Shown: piece by piece, positions 19,431-31,400 of the stretch
How positions within the stretch are numbered: the first letter of the stretch is position 1
Layout of the letters: each line of letters begins with the position of its first letter
Origin: Nitrosopumilaceae archaeon
GTDB lineage: Archaea > Thermoproteota > Nitrososphaeria > Nitrososphaerales > Nitrosopumilaceae
DNA: 64,000 nucleotides
Reading direction: 5' to 3'
Assembly: GCA_965203465.1 (NCBI GenBank)
Contig: CBDBCR010000003.1
Coordinates: 384,001 to 448,000 of the forward strand
Made by a program: the position numbers and the translations under genes
The notes under the pieces: generated by a model
What the model was told of the DNA's origin: nothing
Databases searched by the model: none
Seen by the model: only the letters and a program-made list of their open reading frames with translations

Positions 19431-22400
19431 CTAATTCTGCCCGTTGATCTCGAGGTACCCGAACAGCACCTCGAAGAGCAGCCTAGCCCTCTCCTGCTCG
19501 GCGGCGACGGCCGCGCGCAGGCGCTCCTCTTCTGCCTGCCTGTCCGGCGGGGCCGGCGCCGACACCGAATCCTCTGCTTCGGGCGCGGGCATCATGGAAT
19601 CGAGCACGCGCTGCGCTTGGGCCACCTGCTCGTAGAGCCGGTCGCGGAACTCCGGATCCTCCCGGTCGTAGCCCTGCATCGGGACGCCGTCTGCAAAGTA
19701 CATGGACTCGTCGATGTCGTGGTACAGCCGCGACTGGTTGGAGAGCGGCTCGTACCGGCCTTCCGGCGAGAGCTTGAACAGGTGCCCGTCCGAGGAGATC
19801 ATGACGTCCCTGTTTGTCGAATCGGGCGATATGGGATGCAGCACCAGTTCCCCGCCGTTGACCTCGATTCCGGGCCGCCCGTCTAGCGGCTCGCCCGATA
19901 TTTTTATGCCGTGGTTGTAGTAGTTTTGCCACGAGTTGCGCTGCGAATCCCACACGTCGGTCCCCACGATGTCGAACTCTAGCGGCGCGCGGAACGCGTG
20001 CTTTATGGTCACCTGCAGGCACTCCAGCTCAGAGCCGGGCGAGCACTGGACCGTCTCGTGCTCTGCGGCCAAAGTGTCCAGGTCGATGGCCCCGTCCGGA
20101 TCTATGGCCGATACCTCGCCGGTGCCGTCGAACGAAATGTCGTAGTTTATGACCGCCCTGCTCTCCGATATCACCTCGCCGGAGCGCAGGCCGAACGCAA
20201 GGGCCGCGTGCGAGACGTTCTGCGGCCCCTCGTTTTCGTATATCCGGAGCACGACGGTGTTCTCCCTGCCCACCTCGGACTCTATGAGCGGGTACGGGGT
20301 GAAAAAGTACTCCACGTCCGAGGCCAGCCCGTTGTACGCAAATCCCGCATCAACCAGCTTTGCGCCGTACTGGTCGTAGCCGAGCGTCGGCGGGGTGCAG
20401 TCGTCGCACTCCGAGCCGCCGCGCGGGGGCGGCTGCGATACCCCGAAGAGGCTGAAATGCCCGGTCCAGACCGAATCGGAATCCTCGTCGACGCACGCGT
20501 TCGTATCGTACGTGCCCGGCGGCCAGCCCTCGGGTACCGACTGGCCCACGGGCAGCGCCGAGGTGTCCCAGGACGGATCGCAGGCAGGTATCGGCAGCGG
20601 CACGCCGAGGGTGCCGACAGAAAAGACCAGCGCGCCGCGCAGCGGTATGTCGAACTCCAGGAGCACCGGCCTGTCGAATATAATGTCGCGGCCGGGGTGG
20701 CCCACCTGGACCGTCGTGGTTATGCCGTCGAAGAGCAGAGGGTACGCTTCGCGCTGGTCTTCGGACAGGTGCGCCGTCGACGAGCTGGAAGATATGGCGA
20801 TGGCCTCGCCGAACGCCGCGCCGCCCGACGCCAGGGGCCCGAGGCCGCCGGCCTGCGTGCCGGCCGGGAACGTGGCGTCCGGCAGCCCGAACGTGCGGGT
20901 CACGATGCGCAGCTCGGACTCGAATACGGCCGAGCCGCCGCCGGCGCCGATCACGGCCGGATCCGTGACGGTCCCCGTGAACGAGGACACGTCGACCACC
21001 GGCTCTATCCCAGAGGGCGCCGTGACCGTCCCGACCACGGTGCCGCGGGCCAGCGGTATGCCCGGCTCTTCGAGCGTGACTTCGGTTCGCGCCGCCGCGG
21101 CGGTTACCTGCGAGGGGGCCGCCGCGTTGCCCGCAGCGTCGGTGACCGCGCCGGCCGTCAGCCTCACGGACGACGGCGTGGCGCCGCCCCCTGACCACGA
21201 GACCAGTATCGACTTGGACCCCGAGCCGAGCACGCCCGAGGCGGGCACGGGGGAGGCGCCGTCGGCCTCGATGCCCGCATAGTCGGAGGCAGAGGCGGTC
21301 ACCGGCTCGCTGTAAATGACGGTAACCGAGTCGATCCCGGCTATCGACGCGTACACGACCGAGGGCGGCACGGTGTCCACGACCGCGTTGGGCCCCGTAA
21401 GGTCCCTTTCCGAGAATTCGGTCGGCGTGCCGGTGCCCGAGACTATCTCGACGTACAGTTTTAGCGGGCCCTGCGGGGCGCCGGCCGGAACCGTGTAGGT
21501 CGCGTCGAAGCCGTTCTCTGCCGAGACAGTCGCCACCGCCTGGCCGTTGACGCGCAGCGCCGCGTCCATGGCCACCGTGCCCTGGGCGCGGAAGGTTATC
21601 TGTATCCGGTCGCCCGCCTTTGCCGGCCCGTCGTGCGAGACCGTAAACTGCGATATCATGACGGGCATTATCGCGTTGACCGACTGTATACGGGCGCCCG
21701 GCTCCAGCGTGTTGCCGAACAGGTCCGAGACGGGCCCGGCCGTCCTGACGCCCGGCGCGTCGCGCATGGTGAACGTGTCCGGGTTGGCCATGGTGATCGT
21801 GACGGTCCCGGACAGCTCGGAGACCGACGATACGTCGTACCCGGGAACCGAAAAGTCCGACGTCTGCACCGTGCCGTCGGCCAGGTCTTCGCTGAACCGC
21901 ACCACGATGGTGTCCGAGCTCGTCACGGAAGCCGACACCATCGATGGCGGCCGGCCGTCCTCTATCAAAATATTGCCCGATACGGCCGTGACGGCGTTGC
22001 CCGACGTGTCGGCGAACTGCGGCGCGGCTCCCGGCACCGCCAGCGAGAGCAGGCCGGGCGCGCCGGCGTTGGGCGCGGCCGATATGACGGCCAGCAGCGA
22101 CCGGAGCACGGCGGGCTCGAGCGTCACTATGACGTTGGTGCCGTCGGCGCGCGCGGTCCCCGCAAGCCGCACCGGGTCGCCCGGCGTGTTCACCGAGACC
22201 TTGGCAAGCTCGCCCGCGAACGACGAGGCGTCCATCGTCTCGCTGAAACTGAGCACCAGCACGCCGTCGTCTGTATTGAGCACCGCCGAGGCCAGCGCGG
22301 GCCTTGTCGTGTCGGGCGTGGCCGTCAACGCGGTCCCCGAAGAGGACGCCTCTGTACCCGAGACGTCGCGCAGGCCGCCGGACAGCAGGTCTATGTCGGC

Positions 22401-25400
22401 AGGCTCTGCCGCTATTATCTCCTGGCGCTTTGCCTCCGATACGGTCATGGTTGCCGTGGTTCCCGCGCTGTCCAGGACGGCCGAGGTTATGTCGGCCTCG
22501 GCGAATACAATGTTGGCGCCCGAAGTCCCGATCTCGACGCGGGCCGCCTGCGCCGCGGTCGGCGTCGCCATCTTTTCGTCGAACGTGAGCACGATGGTGC
22601 CGGCGCCCTCGTCAAGGGAAGCGGACTGGAGCTGCGGACGCACGGTGTCCGGCTCGGCGGCTATCGGCCTGTCGGAGGCGGCGGACGAAGAGTTGGAGCT
22701 CGAGTCGCTGGCCGCGCCGGTGCCCAGGTCAAGCTGCGGGGTCGTCATGGCGATGACAGCCTGCCTGTCTTGTTCGGACAGCTCGAACGAGACGGTCGCC
22801 GAATCTGCGGCAGTGGTGCGCACTGAAGCCGACAGCGCCACGCCGCCCGAAGAGGCGCCCTGCTCGCGTATCGATATCGAAGATTCGTTCATCTCCGAGA
22901 CGTCTACCGTCTCTGTGAAAGTAAGCGTCAATACCCCGGTGCCCTCGTTGAGCGCTGCCGACGAGAGGGCCGGCGCGAGGCCGTCCGATACTGCAACGTG
23001 CGGCGACTGCGTGGATTCGAGCGGCGTGCCGGTCAGATCCTCGACGTCTCCTGCAGCGCGCACGTACTGGAGGCTCAGGTCGGGGTCGGTGTCGGGCAGA
23101 TTACCGGACAGGCCCAGCACCAGGGAGGTGCCGGACGGGGCCGGGTACCGGGACACTGTGATGGTTCCCGCGTCGGCCCCGCCCAGTTTCCAAGTGTCCG
23201 ACGGGTTGGTGGCCGTCCCGCGGACAGCCTCCGAAAAGGTGACCGTGATCGCGTTGAGGGAGGTGGCCTCGGCCGACGAGATAAAGGGCGCCAAGTTCTG
23301 CGTGACCGCCTCGCCGGCGCCGGCAAGCGCCAAGTCCGCGTCGTCCTTGATGTCGCCCGGCGGGCTCGCGTACGTCAGGGTCACCGCGCCTATCGGATCG
23401 GGGAACGCCGACGAGACTGTCAGCTCTACCGAGGTTCCGGAGAACGCGCCGTAGACGGTTACCGTGCGGCCGCCCGCGCCGGCCCCCGAGAGCGTCCAGG
23501 TCGTGCCCGGCGCGGTGGCCGTGCCAGATACGGGCTCCGAAAAGGTGACCGTGATCTTGTCGGCCTCGCGCGATTCTGCCGAGGCGATGGTCGGCTCGAT
23601 GCCGTCGGACACGGCGGCGGTGCCCGACGTCTCGTTGCCCGCCGCGTCCGCCGCGTCGCCGGCGGCCGGATCGTAGCGCAACACCACGCCGTCCGGCTTC
23701 GTGTCAACCAAGTCGCCGCTCAGCGTGAGCACCAGCGAGGTGGATCCGGAAGATATGTCCGAGCTGCTGAGCACGGTGCGCGAGTTCCAGTCGCCGCCCG
23801 ATATGGACCAGCCGGCGCCGGCGGTCCCGGTGGCCGTGACGCTCTCGCTGAAGGTGACGGCTATCTTGTCCAGGGCGGTGGCCCGGGCGGTAAACGTAGG
23901 CGCGATGCCGTCGTCCGCCGCGGCCGCGTAGGCCGCCAAGTCGTTGCCCGACGCGTCCTCGATGTTGCCGCCCGAGTACGCCACGGTGACGGCCGGGTTG
24001 GTCTTGTCGGCGATGTCGCCGTCCAGGGTCAGGGTGGCGGTGCTGGCCGGGGAGCCGAACGCGATGGTCGAGACCGCCCTGCTCGCCGCGTCGGTGCCCG
24101 ACAAGGTCCAGCCGGTCGGGGCGCCGGCCGGGTCGAGCCGGACCGGTTCGGAAAACGCCACCGCTATCGTGTTGCGCGACGTGGCCGTAACGGAGGTCAC
24201 CGTAGGCGCGATGCCGTCGTCCGCCGCGGTCGCCGCGTACGCGGCAAGGTCGTTGCCCGACGCGTCCTCGATGTTGCCTCCCGAGTACGCCACGGTGATA
24301 GACGGGCTCGTGGTGCCGGCTATGTCCCTGTCCAGGTTCAGGGTGGCGCTGGTGCCGGATACGGATTCGGATATGCCCTGTATCGAAGCGACCTCGGCGC
24401 TGTTTGCGTCGGTACCCGATATGGCCCAGCCGAACGGGGCGGTGCCGGCGCCGGACAGCTTCACGCCCTCCGAGAACGTAGCCACTATCGTGCGCGGGCC
24501 CGTCGCCTCGGCCGATTCGACCTCCGGGGCGATGCCGTCGCTTACCGTCACCGAGGCGTCGGCCAGGCTCCTCGACGAGGAATCCGATATCTCCACGGTC
24601 GTGCCCGGGCTAGGCGTGGCGTCGAACGCCAGCACGACGCCGTCCGGCTTCGTGTCGGGCAGGTCGCCGTCGAGCGTGACGGTCATGCTGCGCGTCTCCG
24701 ATCCCAGCGGCGACAGGCCCGATACGCGCAGGCGGGCCGGGCTGTCCGCGTCGCCTCCCGACACCGACCAGGCCGAGAGCAGGTCCTGCGCCGAAGCGGA
24801 GCTGCTCACGTCCCTCGAGAACGTCACCACGATCGTCCTCGGGCCGGTGGCCTCTGCCGACGTTACGGCGGGGCGCCGCTCGTCGGAGACCTGCGCGGCC
24901 GGTACGGCCGCCAGAACGAGCGAGGCGCCGTCCGTTATCGCGCCGCCGCCGTCGTAGGCCAGTTTCAGGTCCGTGAACGGCACGGGCAGCGCGGCGCCGC
25001 CCAGCTGTATCGTCATGGCGGAGCCGGCTATCGCCGAGACCGACGATATCGCCCGGCCCGCCGCGTCGGTGCCCGACACCGCCCAGTTCGAGGCGGCGTT
25101 GGACGAGCTGGACACGGCCTCGCTGAACGATACCGTGATGGTGCTGTCGTCGGTCAGCGCGAACGAGGCAGTCGGGGCGATGCCGTCAGATACCGGTATG
25201 CTCGCGCGCGCCTCGAGGGCGTTGGAGGCAAGGTCTGCAATGTCGCCCGAGCCCGAGCTCGCGTCGCTGCCCACGTTCCCCGGCGAGGTCTTGTAGAGCA
25301 GCACCGCGTTGTCCGGGTTCGTATCGGCCAGGTTGCCCGAGAGCGTCAAGACCGTCGAGAGGCCGCTAGAGGTGGCCGTGCTAGCCGTCACGTCCAGGCC

Positions 25401-28400
25401 GGCAGCGTCGGTCCCCGAGATAGACCACCCTTGCGCGTTGGCCGGCACGGACACCGGCTCGCTGAAGGCGACCTCTACGGTGGTAAGCGAGGTGGCCGCG
25501 GCCGACTCTATCCGGGGCGCGATGCCGTCGTCCGCCGCGGCGGCGGCATAGGCGGCAAGGTCGTTGTCCGAGGTATCCTCGATGTTGCCGCCCGAGTACG
25601 CCACGGTGACAGACGGGCTCGTGGTGTCGGCGATGTCCCTGTCCAGTGTGAGCGTGGCGCTCGTCCCGGAGACCGACTCGGATATGTCCGATATCGAATC
25701 TACCTCGGCGCTGTTTGCGTCGGTACCCGATATGGCCCAGCCGAACGGCGCTGTGCCGGCGCCCGACAGCCTCACGCTCTCCGAAAATGCCACCTGTATC
25801 GTGCGGCGGTCGGCCACCGTCGCCGAGGCGACCGAGGGGTTCTGGCCGTCCTTCAAGTCCTGCGACAGCGCGGTCGAGGTTCCGAGCGCGTTGTTCGATC
25901 CGTCCTTTACCTGCGTGGAGTCTATCTGCACCGAGCCCTCCGCGCCGGTGCCCACCGGATTGGGGGCGGTGAACGAAACCACGTGCGTCGCGGTCGTCTG
26001 TCCGGATATCGACGATATGGTCGCCGTCTGCCCGCCCACCGAGGCGCTGCCGTAGTGGGACTGCGAGGCAGTGACGGCCTCGCTGTACGTTATCGTGAAC
26101 TGGCCCGGCCCGGTGACCTTTGCGGACTCTATTTCGGGCTTTATGCCGTCCGATACGGCCGTGCTCTGTTTTGCCTCCAGCGCGTTGGACGCGGGATCCG
26201 CTATGGCCCCCGAGCCCGAATTCGCGTCGCCGGTCACGTCGCCCGACGAGGTCTTGTACCGCAGAACCACGCCGTCCGGCTTGGTGTCCTCCATGTCCGA
26301 GCTGAGCGTGAGCACCACGGAACGGCCGTTCGAGACGGCGGTGCTCGAATCGACTGTGCGGCCGGCAGCGTCGGTCCCGGATACGGACCAGCCCTGCGCG
26401 GTCGTGTCCAATATCGAAAGGTTCTCGCTGAACGTGACCGTTATCTTGTCCAGTTCGGTCGCCTTTGCGGTGAACGTCGGCGCCTGCCCGTCCGTAAGAG
26501 TCTGCGTGACGTGGCCGGAGCCCAGGGCGTTGTTCGAGCCGTCCCTGATCGCCCCGAAATTGATTTGCACGGTTCCGGTCGCGTCGGTGCCCGTGTTGCT
26601 CCCGGCGAAGCTCAGGACGGCGGTGTCCGTGTTGGCGCCCGCAAAGCCCGACGCGAAGCGGCCCCCTCCCACGTTGATGTTGTTGTAGTGGGCCAGGTTG
26701 TGCGTCACCGTCTCGCTGTACGCGATCGTTATCTGGCGGGGTCCGGTGACCTTGGCGGACTCTATTTCGGGCTTTACGCCGTCCGAGACGTCGATGTTGG
26801 TGGCGGAGTCCAATTCGTTCGCGGTCCCCGCATCGTCCGCCACGTCGCCGGACGAGGAATCGTACGCCAGCTTTACGCCCTCCGGCTTTGTATCCGTCAG
26901 GTTGCCGTCGAGGGTCAACACCAGCGTGTCCGAGGCGGTCGACGAAATGCCAGTGCGCGTGTCCACCACGCGCGAATTCCAGTCGCCGCCCGATATCGAC
27001 CAGCCGCCCGTCCCGGCGGTGCCGGTCGCCTTTACGTTTTCGCTGAACGTCACCGTTATCTCGTTCAGTTTGGTGGCCTTTGCCGACGTTATGGTCGGCT
27101 TTTGCCCGTCGGCCAGAGGCTGCGTCAGCGCGCCCGTCGTCCTCGTCATGGCGTTGCCCGACGCGTCGGCTATCTCTGCTTCGGCGATGTTCACCGAGCC
27201 GGTGGCCCCGGTGCCCGCCGGGTTCGTGAACGTCAGGGTGTGCACCGCGGTACCGCTGCCCGAGACGTTCGATATCTGACGGAACTGGTTGTCCACGGTC
27301 GCCGGCGAATAGGCGGTCTGGCCGGCGGTGACGGCCTCGCTGTACGTTATCGTTATCGTGGTCGGCCCCGTGATCTCGGCCTTTTCCACGGCCGGCGCGA
27401 TGCCGTCGGCTACCGCTACGGAGGCGTCGGCCATGGCCCTGGAGTTGGCGTCGGTTATGGAAACGGCCGTTCCCGAAGCGGGGGTCGAGTCGTACGCGAT
27501 GTCCAGATCCGGCCGGGTGTCCGGTAGGCGGCCGTCGAGCGTGAGCGTGAGCGTCTTTGTCGATACCGAGAGCGAGGACGCGCCCGACACGGACAGCGCG
27601 CTGCCGTTGACAGTCGCGTCGGTGCCGGAGACCGACCAGGCCGCGGCGATCTGGGCCGGGGTGTTCGAGCTGGAAGCATCCCTGGTAAATACGACCACGA
27701 TCGTCGACGGGCCCGTGGCGGCCGGGTTGACGGCCGTCGCCGACAGTATGGACGGCCTCCTGTCGTCCGAGACGGCCGTCGCCGGCACGGCCGCCAAAGC
27801 CAGATTTGCGCCGTCCTGTATGGTACCGCCGGCCGAGTACGCAAGTTTGAGATCCGTTGACGGTGCCGGCACGTCGCCGTCCAGCGCGACGGTCATGGAG
27901 CCGGCAGCCGAGGTGAGCGACGAGACCGACGATATCGCCAGGCCGGCCGCGTCGGCCCCGGACAGAGTCCAGTACGAGGCGTCGTTGTCCGGGCTGGATA
28001 CCGGTTCGCTGAACGACACCGTGATGGCGCGGTCGTCCGTCAAGGCGAACGAGGCCGTCGGGGCCAGGCCGTCCGATACCGGCATGTTCTGGCGCGCGGC
28101 CAGCGCGTTGGAGTCGGGATCTTCGATGGCGCCCGAGCCCGAATCCGCGTCGCTGCCCACGTTCCCCGCCGAGGTCTTGTAGCGCAGCACCGCGTTGTCC
28201 GGGTTCGTATCGGCCAGGTTCCCGGAGAGCGTAAGCACCGTCGAGAGGCCGCTCGAGGTGGACGTGCTCGCCGTCACGTCCAGGCCGGCAGCGTCGGTCC
28301 CCGAGATAGACCACCCTTGCGCGTTGGCCGGCACCGAGACCGGCTCGCTGAACGTGACGGTTATCCGGTCGAGCGCCGTGGCCTCGGCGGTGGCCGTCGG

Positions 28401-31400
28401 CGCTATGCCGTCCGATACCGGTATGCTTTGGCGGGCCGCCAGGGCGTTGGACGACGGGTCGGCTATCGCGCCGGAGCCCGAGCCGGGGTCGCTGCCCACG
28501 TCGCCCGGAGAGGTCTTGTACTGGAGCAGCACGCCGTCCGGCTTCGTATCCTCCATGTCCGAGCCGAGCGTGAGCACCACGGTGTCGCCGTTCGAGACGG
28601 CGGTGCTCGAATCGACGGTGCGCCCCGTCGCGTCCGTCCCCGATACGGACCACCCCTGCGCGGTCGTGTCCGATATGTTCATGTTTTCGCTGAACGTGAC
28701 GGTTATCTCGTCCAAGCCGGTGGCCTTTGCCGAGGTTATCCGCGGGGCGAGGCCGTCGTCGGGCTTTTCCGAATACCGCGCCAGGGCGTTGTCGCTTTCG
28801 TCCTCGATGTTGCCGGCAGCCTCGTCGTACGAGAGAGTAAAGTCCAGGCTCGTCTTGTCGGCCAAATTGTTGTCGAGCGTCAGCGTCGCCGAGGTGGCCG
28901 TGGCCGAGGTGGTCAATACCGATATGGCAGAGCCGGCCGTGGTGGCGGGCACGTCGGCCCCCGATGCCGACCATCCGGTCGGCGCGCCGGCCGAAGACAG
29001 CCTGACAGGCTCGCTGAAGGTCAGTTCCACGGAGTTGCGCGCGGTGTACTTGCTAGACGAGACCTCGGGTGAGACACCGTCCGATACGAGTATGGAAGAG
29101 CGCGCGGCCACGGCGTTGGACGCAGAGTCGGCAAGTACGCCAGAGCCCGAGCTCGCGTCGCTGCCCACGTCGCCGGACGAGGTCTTGTACCGGAGCAGCA
29201 CGCCGTCCGGCTTCGTATCGTCCAGATCCGAGCTGAGCGTGAGCACCAAGCTCGATCCCGAGCCGGAGCCGGACGCCACGGTGCGGCCGGCCGCGTCGCC
29301 GCCCGAAATAGACCAACCCTGCGCGTTTGTGCCGTACGAGGCGATGTCTTCGCTGAACTCCACGGTTATCTTGTTTTTGGCGGTCGCCTCTGCCGACGTT
29401 ATCGTCGGGCTCTGGCCGTCCGTCAAAACAACCGGGAGCTCGGTCTGCGTGCCCAGGACGTTGCCCGCCAGGTCGTCGATCTGCGTGGAATCGATTCTTA
29501 TGGAGCCGACCGCGTCGGTGCCCGCCGCCGGGCCGTCGAAGTCTATGGTGACTGTGGCAAGCGAGCCGGCCAGGGAGCCGGACTGGCCGCGCGCGGCGCC
29601 GTCCACCGTGATCGTCTGGTAATTGGTGCCGAACGAGCTCACGATCTCGCTGTACGCGATCGTTATCTGGTTGGGGCCGGTGACCTTTGCCGACGTTATT
29701 TTCGGCGCGATGCCGTCGTCCGGCGTGGCCGAATAGGCGGCCAGGGCGTTGCCGCTCTGATCCTCGATGTTGCCCGTTGCGGCGTACGCGAGGGTAAAGT
29801 CCAGAACGGTCTTGTCTGCCAGGTTCCCGTCCAGCGTCAGGGTGGTCGAAGTGGACGTGACCGAGGTCGTTATGACCGAGACGGACGAGGCCGCCGTGGC
29901 GGCGCCCTTGTCGGTCCCCGAGACGGTCCAGTCGGTCGGCGCGCCGCCCGAGGACAGCCTGACCGGCTCGCTGAACTCCAAGTCCACCATGTTGCGCGAG
30001 GTGTACTTTGCGGAGGATACCGTCGGCGCGATGCCGTCGTCCGGCGTGGCCGAATACGGCGCCAGAGCGTTGCCGTCGTCGTCCTCGATGTTGCCGCCAG
30101 AGTACGAGAGCGTAAAGTCCAGGAGGGTCTTGTCCGCCAGGTTTCCGTTGAGCGTGAGCGTCGCCGAAGTGGACGTGACCGACGTGGTGATCACCGAGAC
30201 GGACGAGGCCCCCGTGGCGGCGCCCTTGTCGGTCCCCGATACCGTCCAGCCGGCCGGCACGGAGCCCGAGGACAGCCTTACAGGCTCGCTGAATGTCAGC
30301 GCCACCGAGTTGCGCGCGGTGTACTCTGCCGATACGGTCGGGGACTGCCCGTCCGAGAGGGGCTGCTGTATGACGCCCGCGCCCAGTGCGTTGCCGGTCG
30401 CGTCCGTTATGTTGGGCGCGTTTATGGATACAGAGCCCGTCGCGTCGGTGCCGAACGGGTCCCCTCCCCTGAACGATATGGTGTGGGTAGCGGTCGTGCC
30501 GCCCAACAGGCCCGACACGGTGCGGGCCTGCCCGCCGACGGCGAGCGACGGATAGTCGGACTGCGCGGCGGTGACCGGCTCGCTGTACTGTATCACCACG
30601 CGGTCGGGGCCGTCGACCCTCGCCGACGATACGCTCGGGGGCATGTCCAGCACGACCAGGGCCGTGTACGAGGCAAGGTCGTTGCCCGACTCGTCCCTCA
30701 CGTCGCCGGTGCCGCCGTCGTAGGCCAGCGTGACGGTCCCCAGCGGATCGTTGAGGTTCCCGCTGAGCCCCAGGGTGGTGCGGGTAGCGGCGGTCGGTAT
30801 GGGCGGGTTGTCGTTGACCGCGACGGAGGCGGGCCGGCCGGAGCCTCCCAGCGTCCACGTCTCCGAGGGCGCCGTCGAGGTGGCCAGCACCGGCTCGCTG
30901 AACACCACGGTGATGGAATTGAGCGTGCCGGCCACGGCCGATTCGATCTCGGGCCTTATGCCGTCCGACGGCTTTTCCGAGTACGGCCCCAGCGCGTTGC
31001 CGGCCGCGTCCACTATGTTGCCGTTAGAGTACGAGAGCGTAAAGTCCAGGACGGTCTTGTCGGCCAGGTTCCCGTTGAGCGTGAGCGTCGCCGAAGAGGC
31101 CGAGACCTGATCGGTGAGCGGCGCGATGTCGCCCTGGCCGGCGCCGGCGCCCGTCGCGGCGCCCCTGTCGGCGCCCGAGACGGTCCAGCCGGTCGGGGCG
31201 CCGGCAGAGGAGAGCTTTACCGGCTCGCCGAACGTCAGGACGACGGAATTGCGCGAGACGTACTCTGCCGAGACTTCCGGCGCGATGCCGTCCGATACGG
31301 GGATCTGCCCCCCGGACACCTCGTTGCCGTCGCCGTCCTCCACGTCGCCGCCGGCCGGATCGTACCCCAGCAGGACGCCGTCCGGCTTTGTGTCGGGCAG

